Made by a program: the position numbers and the translations under genes
Assembly: GCA_964611235.1 (NCBI GenBank)
Contig: CAZSWH010000002.1
Span: 1 to 38,460 of the forward strand
Origin: Candidatus Woesearchaeota archaeon
GTDB taxonomy: Archaea; Nanobdellota; Nanobdellia; Pacearchaeales; GW2011-AR1
Direction of reading: 5' to 3'
DNA: 38,460 nucleotides
In this document: in pieces, positions 32,687 to 38,460 of the stretch
How the letters are laid out: every line of letters begins with the position of its first letter
Position numbering within the stretch: position 1 is the stretch's first letter
Notes under the pieces: model-generated
What the model was told of the DNA's origin: nothing
The model's database searches: none
The model's input: the letters and a program-made list of their open reading frames with translations, nothing else

Positions 32687-33943
32687 TTAGTTGTATTTTT
32701 CAGATATTTCTTTTATTTTTTCTTCTGGTTTTTCTGGTTTGATTTTTTTTGATTTTCTGTAGAAGTAATATCCCCCTAAACCTAAAATTATTAAGATTAT
32801 GATTCCAATAATCCATTTTGAGCCGCCGCCTTTTTCTGTTTTTATTTCTTCGCATAAGTCTAAGCAACAATATTCCCCTCCTTTTGTGAATGTTGCGTTT
32901 CCTATGCAGATTTCTTCTAAAGTGCATACATTCCCCCCAATTTCGTCGCAGGTTTGTTGAGAGATTTCAAAGTTCTCTTCAGTGCTTCCTTCAGGAAGAA
33001 CAAATAAACTAAAAGAAATTTCAAGATGATTACTTTCATTTAAATGTTCATAAGTTATGTTTATTACTCCATTGAAATGTCCTGCGTTCTCTGGTGAAAA
33101 CTGAATTGAAAGGTTGCGGGTTTCTCTTGCTGACATATTTTCTATTGTTCCAAATTTGATAAAATCTATATCTGAACTTATTTTAATATTTGTGATGTTT
33201 TCGTCTCCGAAATTGAAAAGCTGAATTGTCTCAAAATTTTCTTCTCCTAATATAAGATTTTTAAGAATTATTTCGTGGGGTGATTTGAGAGGAATTTCTT
33301 CTATAGGTGTGAAAATATCTTCTTCTGAGAAAATTATTGGAATTGAAAATTCTTTGTATGCGTTAATTTTGAAAAAAGATAGATTAAGTGATGGCGAGAG
33401 TGAGAACTCTTTTTCCTCCATAGGTTTAAGAGAAATTTTTTCAGTTGAGCTGTTGAGGTTTGTTATTGTAAAATTAATTGATGCGTTCCCTAAATTTATT
33501 ATTTTTATTTTTGGTTCTTTTTCAAGAAAAATTAATCCAGGTTTTATAGAGACTATTTCTGTTTTTGAGATGTTGTTTTTTATTACTGGTTTTTTTAAGA
33601 CACTTATTTGCTCTTCAATGTTTTTTGAGTTGAGTTGTTCGTCCTGCTTGTATAGTATATTATTTATTTTCATAGTGAAGTTTCCTTCTCTTGTCATGTA
33701 GGCATAAAGGTAATGCGTTCCTTTATAGAAAATTATTTTTAATTCAAAAAAGACTTCTTTTCTTCCTTCAAAAAATTTTATATCTGATTCAGAAATTTGT
33801 TTTATGAACTCTCCGCTTTCTAATTCTATTGTTGCAAGTAGAGTTTCTCCTGGCTGGATTTCTTTATGTTGTAATTCAATAAAAGGAGAGGAGGTTGCAA
33901 AAGATAAAAATAGTATAATAAGGAATATGTTTAGTTTGTTCAT
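32687..33943 (-). CDS. Secreted, C-terminally anchored surface protein with beta-sandwich-like repeats and a Cys-rich stalk
   Basis: Signal peptide, several N-x-S/T sites, a stalk CDEIGGNVCTLEEICIGN...CCLDLCEE, a TM segment (WIIGIIILIILGLGGYYFY), and a basic tail. Confidence 0.55.
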   Translation of the reverse strand: MNKLNIFLIILFLSFATSSPFIELQHKEIQPGETLLATIELESGEFIKQISESDIKFFEGRKEVFFELKIIFYKGTHYLYAYMTREGNFTMKINNILYKQDEQLNSKNIEEQISVLKKPVIKNNISKTEIVSIKPGLIFLEKEPKIKIINLGNASINFTITNLNSSTEKISLKPMEEKEFSLSPSLNLSFFKINAYKEFSIPIIFSEEDIFTPIEEIPLKSPHEIILKNLILGEENFETIQLFNFGDENITNIKISSDIDFIKFGTIENMSARETRNLSIQFSPENAGHFNGVINITYEHLNESNHLEISFSLFVLPEGSTEENFEISQQTCDEIGGNVCTLEEICIGNATFTKGGEYCCLDLCEEIKTEKGGGSKWIIGIIILIILGLGGYYFYRKSKKIKPEKPEEKIKEISEKYN

Positions 33944-33974
33944 AGTAAATTATGTAAGTAATAATTAATAAATC

Positions 33975-35765
33975 TTACTTAGAAGACATTTCTTTTAGTT
34001 TTGAGAAAACATTTGATGTTTCTTTATCTTCAGATTTATTAGTTCTCCCTCGAGACGAAGGATATAAAGGGTGTGTTCTTCTTATTGGAGGGAATCCTGG
34101 CTTGAATTGAGGTCTTTGTTGTTGTGGGGGGTATCTTGGAGGTCCTCTTGACCAAGGCGGGAAACCTCCTCCCTTATCTTTCTTGAATCTTGATTTTAAC
34201 TTAAACCAATATAATTTTAATTTTTTTCTATATAAGAATAATATTACTATGATTACTACTAAAATTAAGATTGATAATATCCATATCCACGACGAGCCAG
34301 ATGTTTCTTCTGTTTTTGTTCTGCAACAGACTTGACCATAATTGCATGAAAAATCAACTTCCTCTTGAGATTCTGAACAAGAATCTTTGCAGACATAAAA
34401 CATTGATTCACATTCAGTTTCAGTTATTCTTTCTACACATTCTCCTGTGCAACACTTATCAGTGTCTGATGATTTTCTTTCATTTCCTGTGCAAACTTCA
34501 TTTGAACCACAAACTTCCCCTCCATATTCAGAACAAATTTTTAGATTTTCTGTCATACAACAAGTCTCAGATTGAACTGGGCAGAAGTAACTTGCTCCTA
34601 CATCTTGGTCAGTAGGGCATTCTGATGAAGGGACACAGAAATATCCTGCTTGTGAGCAATATGTTACTTGATCTCCTGAAGGAGTTTTCCCAGAGCGTCC
34701 TGAAAGTGCCCATAGAACTATTGCTGTTTCTCTTATTGAATTCTGCCAGCATCCCTTGGAGTCCTGAGCAAAGAATAACCAATTTTTTGCATTTTGAATT
34801 TGTTCAGATGAAGAGCTTCCTAAAGAAAGGAGTGTTAAAGAAGTATCATAATATTTATTGTATGCAGAGTTTTCTGCTTCCCAGTAATTCCCTAATTTTT
34901 GGGCTGATATAAGTTTTGTTGCGTATCCTTCATAATTTGTAATCATATAAATAAAAGAATCTGGGAGATATTTCTTGTTTGTTTCTGACATAGCAATAAT
35001 ATAAGGAATGAATTCTTCTATGTTGTGGCCTGTCTTCAAAAGTGCGAGAGTCGCCCACAGAGTGGCTTCATAATCACAAGAAGACTCTCCGAAGCATTTA
35101 GAATTAACTTTAAGTTTTACTGAACCATATGCTTGTGCTGATTTTGTTCCTTCTAAGACATAGATTGTCGGAGAGTTTTTATTTTTGTATAGCAGTGTTC
35201 CAATAAAATCTTTTTCGCATTCTAATGTAAACTCTTTTCCATAACATTCAGAGGCAATCTGAAGCCAAAAGTTTGATTGTGCTCTTGTAAGGCAAGGTCC
35301 TGCATTCTTGTCTATTTTTTTGTTTTCTCTTATTGTAATAAGGTAATCAGAAGAATCATATCCTATATGACATTGTGTTTCTCCTTCTGAATCCTGTTCT
35401 AAATACCAGATTAATTCTGTAGGAGTTCTTGAGCGATTAAGAATCCATTCTTCAGAATTTTTTGTGCTCTTTCCTGCATGCTGTAAAGAAAGAATAGCGA
35501 GTGCAGTATCTCTTATATTACCCCAATTATCTGAAGATTTTCTACTCTCTAATTCACTTATACAATCATCTAAAATATTATCTGGTGTTGCAAGAATTGT
35601 TAAAGCGATTTCTTGATTTGTCAAAGAGGAACAGTCTTCAGCTTTTGATTCAAGACATTCAAAACCTTTTTCTATTTTTTCTGAAGTTTCTGTTGTGTTC
35701 TGTGCGGAAATTATTGGGAATATTAATAATAAAATTACTAAGATAAATATACCTTCTTTTTTCAT
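33975..35765 (-). CDS. Secreted, C-terminally anchored protein with an alpha/alpha-toroid (prenyltransferase/terpene-cyclase or thioester-domain-like) repeat region, a Cys-rich stalk and a Pro-rich cytoplasmic tail
   Basis: Signal peptide. Repeated W/Y..aromatic..TA.AL.AL motifs (NWGNIRDTALAILSLQHAG, EATLWATLALLKTGH, YYDTSLTLLSLGS, WQNSIRETAIVLWALSG). Stalk CSEYGGEVCGSNEVCTGN...CCTGECVE, a TM segment, and the tail GGGFPPWSRGPPRYPPQQQRPQFKPGFPP. Confidence 0.55.
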   Translation of the reverse strand: MKKEGIFILVILLLIFPIISAQNTTETSEKIEKGFECLESKAEDCSSLTNQEIALTILATPDNILDDCISELESRKSSDNWGNIRDTALAILSLQHAGKSTKNSEEWILNRSRTPTELIWYLEQDSEGETQCHIGYDSSDYLITIRENKKIDKNAGPCLTRAQSNFWLQIASECYGKEFTLECEKDFIGTLLYKNKNSPTIYVLEGTKSAQAYGSVKLKVNSKCFGESSCDYEATLWATLALLKTGHNIEEFIPYIIAMSETNKKYLPDSFIYMITNYEGYATKLISAQKLGNYWEAENSAYNKYYDTSLTLLSLGSSSSEQIQNAKNWLFFAQDSKGCWQNSIRETAIVLWALSGRSGKTPSGDQVTYCSQAGYFCVPSSECPTDQDVGASYFCPVQSETCCMTENLKICSEYGGEVCGSNEVCTGNERKSSDTDKCCTGECVERITETECESMFYVCKDSCSESQEEVDFSCNYGQVCCRTKTEETSGSSWIWILSILILVVIIVILFLYRKKLKLYWFKLKSRFKKDKGGGFPPWSRGPPRYPPQQQRPQFKPGFPPIRRTHPLYPSSRGRTNKSEDKETSNVFSKLKEMSSK

Positions 35766-35820
35766 TGTTTTCTAAGTGATTAATCATTTATAAATATTAT
35801 CTATGATTGGATATTAAGTA

Positions 35821-37374
35821 TTAATTATTTTTAATTTTTCTTCTTGCAATCATTGCCATTTTTATTGTATAGTTAATAGGGTTTTTTATCCCAGGTTGTG
35901 GCGGGCCTCTTATTCCAAATTCTTTGTATATTGGCTTGTCGTAATTTGGAGGAAGCCGTTTGTTTTTTAGATACCACGATATTTGAGATTTAATGTAACC
36001 TTGTTTTAAAGGGGCATAGTTTTTTTTATTCCAATTAGAAATTTTTTCTTCAATAAACTCTTCAGGGAATTCTAAGCTTGTAAAAAAGGAGAGTAAAATT
36101 GAGAGGGCTCTTTTTCTCCCGTCATTTTTTATTCCTTGTAAGATTTTTTTTATTCCTGGAGGATACATATCTTCAGTTATTGTAAGACCTTTTAAGTCAA
36201 TCCTAACACTCTCGTATTTTTTTGTTTTCGGCTCTTTTTTTTCTGCCCAGTCAAGAGCTTGTGCCAGAAGTTCTCTTGCTTCTCCTTCCTGACTTTTTGG
36301 CATATAAGAAATAATATTTTTTATTCTTAAAGGGTCTGCGTTAGATGGTTTAAAATTTTCAAGTTCTTCTTTTTTGAGGGGAATTGAAGCTAAAGAAGTT
36401 TTTTCGTGAAGAGAGTAAGGTGTCCGGAAAAGATGCCTCGAGGATACAAGGACAATATCTATAGAATCTGCCTGAGATTTGATTGTTTCTTCTTTTTTAA
36501 ATTCTTCTTCTGTTTTTCTTTTTTCCCCGCCGAATGAACTTATACTCTCTTTTAATTTTTCAGTATTTATCTTGCAGTTCTCGCAAAAGAAAATTTCTTC
36601 CTCTAAAACTTTTTCCATATTCCCGTTGCACGAAGGGCATCTTAATTTTTTTCTATTGGATTTCATTGAGGTCATTGTTGAGCGGCATTTAAAGTTTGGG
36701 CAGATGTATTTTGAGATTGTTTTTTTCTCAGCAGTTCTTCCGCATTTTTGGCATATTTGTTGAGATATTAATTCTCCTTTTGATTCAAGTTCTTCGCGGG
36801 AGGTTAGTTTCATTATTTCATTGTTCATTGGTTCTTTTATCAAATCAAAAATATATTCTGCAATAATCCTTGGCCATTCTGGAAATTGGTTTTTTGTTTC
36901 TTTATCAGCAAAAAATTTTGGAAATGCCTTGAAAGGAATTAGAATATGAAAACCTTTTGAACCGCTGAATTTTATTCCTATATTTTTTATGCTATGCATA
37001 TTAAGGGCAGAGAGCAGAAGTTTTGCAGCGAGTTTTGAATAGTCAAAATATTTTGAATCAATGTCTATTAATAAGTCCCAACCAATTTTGATTTCATTAT
37101 ATTGCTCTGAAATCATTTCAGTTCGTATGTCCAGGGGATTTTCCCAAAGTTCTTCTGAGCAGTGAAAAGAAGTTGCTCCTTTTTTTGCAGAGTTTAAAAT
37201 ATCGGTTGGATAATCAAGACAATCAGGCCGTTTTCCAAAAAAATCATTATTAAAGTTTGCCACAGTTTCTCTGTTCTTACAAAAGTCAAATATTGCTTTC
37301 TGGATATCTTTTCTCGCATAATAAGATAGAGCGACGACTTGCACTTTTTTTAGAGGTTCTTTTTGAAATGTCAT
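35821..37374 (-). CDS. priS: DNA primase: PriS catalytic domain fused to a PriL-CTD-like helical domain
   Basis: DLLIDIDS, KFSGSKGFHILIP and FRTPYSLHEKT are AEP primase motifs I-III. A multi-CxxC zinc insertion is present (CQKCG...CPNFKC...CPSCNG...CENCK). The C-terminal YPPGIKKILQGIKNDGRKRALSILLSFF resembles the PPC(I/M) region of PriL. Confidence 0.75.
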   Translation of the reverse strand: MTFQKEPLKKVQVVALSYYARKDIQKAIFDFCKNRETVANFNNDFFGKRPDCLDYPTDILNSAKKGATSFHCSEELWENPLDIRTEMISEQYNEIKIGWDLLIDIDSKYFDYSKLAAKLLLSALNMHSIKNIGIKFSGSKGFHILIPFKAFPKFFADKETKNQFPEWPRIIAEYIFDLIKEPMNNEIMKLTSREELESKGELISQQICQKCGRTAEKKTISKYICPNFKCRSTMTSMKSNRKKLRCPSCNGNMEKVLEEEIFFCENCKINTEKLKESISSFGGEKRKTEEEFKKEETIKSQADSIDIVLVSSRHLFRTPYSLHEKTSLASIPLKKEELENFKPSNADPLRIKNIISYMPKSQEGEARELLAQALDWAEKKEPKTKKYESVRIDLKGLTITEDMYPPGIKKILQGIKNDGRKRALSILLSFFTSLEFPEEFIEEKISNWNKKNYAPLKQGYIKSQISWYLKNKRLPPNYDKPIYKEFGIRGPPQPGIKNPINYTIKMAMIARRKIKNN

Positions 37375-37588
37375 AATATATGTAGGAGAAAAGGGTATTT
37401 AGAAATTTGGGTTGAGAATTTTAGAAACAAAAAATTGAAAAAATATTCTCCAAACCTTATAAATTATAAGTTATATTTTAAAAGTCAGACTCCGAAAAGA
37501 TATTTATTAAAAAGGGTATTAATGAAAAAATAAACAAACACCACCAAAACACAATAATCTTTAAATAACCTATCCTGTTTTCATTACT

Positions 37589-38311
37589 ATGATACTGAAA
37601 CTTGAAAAACCAAAATTGCTTTCTGACGCTATTGCGATTATTTCAGAAATTGTTTCTGAGGTTCGTATTAAGATTTTAGAAGAGGGAATGAGCATTGTTG
37701 CTGTTGACCCTGCTAATGTGGCTCTTGTGATTTTTAAACTTCCGAAAGAGGGTTTTTCAGAGTATGAGTCAGGAAACGAGGTTTGGGGGGTTAATCTTAA
37801 TGATTTGAAAAGAATTTTGAAGAGGGTATCGGTTTCTTCAAGCGTGGTCTTTGAGCAGGAAGAGAATCAATTGAAGATTTCAATTTTTGATAAGGTAAAA
37901 AGGATTTTCACACTCTCATTGATTAATGTGGAAAGCGATGATAAAGATATTCCTGAACTTTCTTTTGGGGCTCGGATAGAGATTGATTCTGTCAGTTTCT
38001 CTCAGGCAATTGAAGATGCGAAGATAGTTGCAGATTCCTGCTCTTTAATTTCAGGCGAAGGATTTTTTATAGTTGAAGGAATAGGAAGTCTTAATTCTGC
38101 AAGGACAGAGTTTTCCGGCGACGAGGCAGACATTTCAGGGATTGCAAAAGCAAAATATTCTCTTGAGTATATTATGAAATTTATAAAAGCAACAAAAACT
38201 TCTGAAAAGGTTATAGTTAATTTTTCAGATAATTACCCTTTGAGGTTAGACTTTCCTGGGGAAAAGATGGGATTAGGTTTTGTTTTGGCGCCGAGAGTTG
38301 AGAACGATTGA
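37589..38311 (+). CDS. pcn: DNA polymerase sliding clamp PCNA
   Basis: 240 aa. LSDAIAIISEIVSEVRIKILEEGMSIVAVDPANVALVIFKLPKEGFSEYE and the C-terminal YPLRLDF...GFVLAPRVE are typical archaeal PCNA blocks. Confidence 0.9.
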   Translation: MILKLEKPKLLSDAIAIISEIVSEVRIKILEEGMSIVAVDPANVALVIFKLPKEGFSEYESGNEVWGVNLNDLKRILKRVSVSSSVVFEQEENQLKISIFDKVKRIFTLSLINVESDDKDIPELSFGARIEIDSVSFSQAIEDAKIVADSCSLISGEGFFIVEGIGSLNSARTEFSGDEADISGIAKAKYSLEYIMKFIKATKTSEKVIVNFSDNYPLRLDFPGEKMGLGFVLAPRVEND

Positions 38312-38460
38312 TAATAGATAAATTAAATTTTTAATATGTATGACAAACAATAATGTTTCTTTTTTATTGGGTGCTTTTTATTAAGACCAATTAAGGTAAC
38401 AAAGAAGAATATAAGTAAGATTTATAAATATAAAACTTCTTAAAAAAGGATGGAAAGGGG

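Noticed and set aside
37375-37588. Divergent primase-PCNA intergenic region considered as a replication origin.
   Set aside because: I could see no repeated ORB or mini-ORB-like elements and no long AT-unwinding tract flanked by inverted repeats. No orc1/cdc6 gene is adjacent. Ordinary divergent promoters are the simpler explanation.

Overview
AT-rich (about 30% G+C by eye) archaeal fragment using the standard code (TGA serves as stop in several ATGA overlaps). The gene content suggests a small-genome DPANN-type archaeon: eL43, eS19, eL39, eL31, Rpo12, prefoldin beta, SepF, archease, Trm5, PCNA, and a single-chain PriS plus PriL-CTD-like primase. Housekeeping genes (rpl3-rpl4; rpl37ae-rpoP-pfdB-sepF-dph2; rps19e-rpl39e-rpl31e; primase/PCNA) alternate with cell-envelope islands.

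The main feature is a ~13 kb run of 11 minus-strand genes (30248 down to 17160). It encodes six proteins with prepilin-like (class III signal peptide-like) N-termini, one lipoprotein, and very large cysteine-rich membrane or secreted proteins. These are arranged as two paralogous modules. In one module a single 1226-aa protein corresponds to two separate genes (590 aa and 742 aa) in the other. I saw no assembly ATPase, platform protein or prepilin peptidase in the window, and no recognisable enzymatic motif in these proteins. I regard this locus as the best candidate for an undescribed surface or host-attachment apparatus.

An ~70-80 nt promoter/leader element with a conserved long hairpin occurs three times: at 1-68, 24669-24744 and 30249-30329. 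Each copy ends 9 nt before a start codon, and one copy abuts the stop codon of rpl4.

Other notable points:
- An unknown ORF is translationally coupled on both sides between rpl3 and rpl4.
- A doc/RHH toxin-antitoxin cassette is flanked by 40-nt direct repeats that copy the last three codons plus terminator of the S-layer gene.
- 19-bp inverted repeats bracket two pilin-like genes.
- An archaeosortase-family gene sits next to a likely substrate.
- The S-layer gene has a long, G+C-enriched structured leader.
- Dph2 lacks its first domain.
- Two anchored surface proteins share a Cys-rich stalk.

I could not recognise any tRNA, rRNA or CRISPR array. All functional calls come from motif recognition by eye. 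No database search was run.
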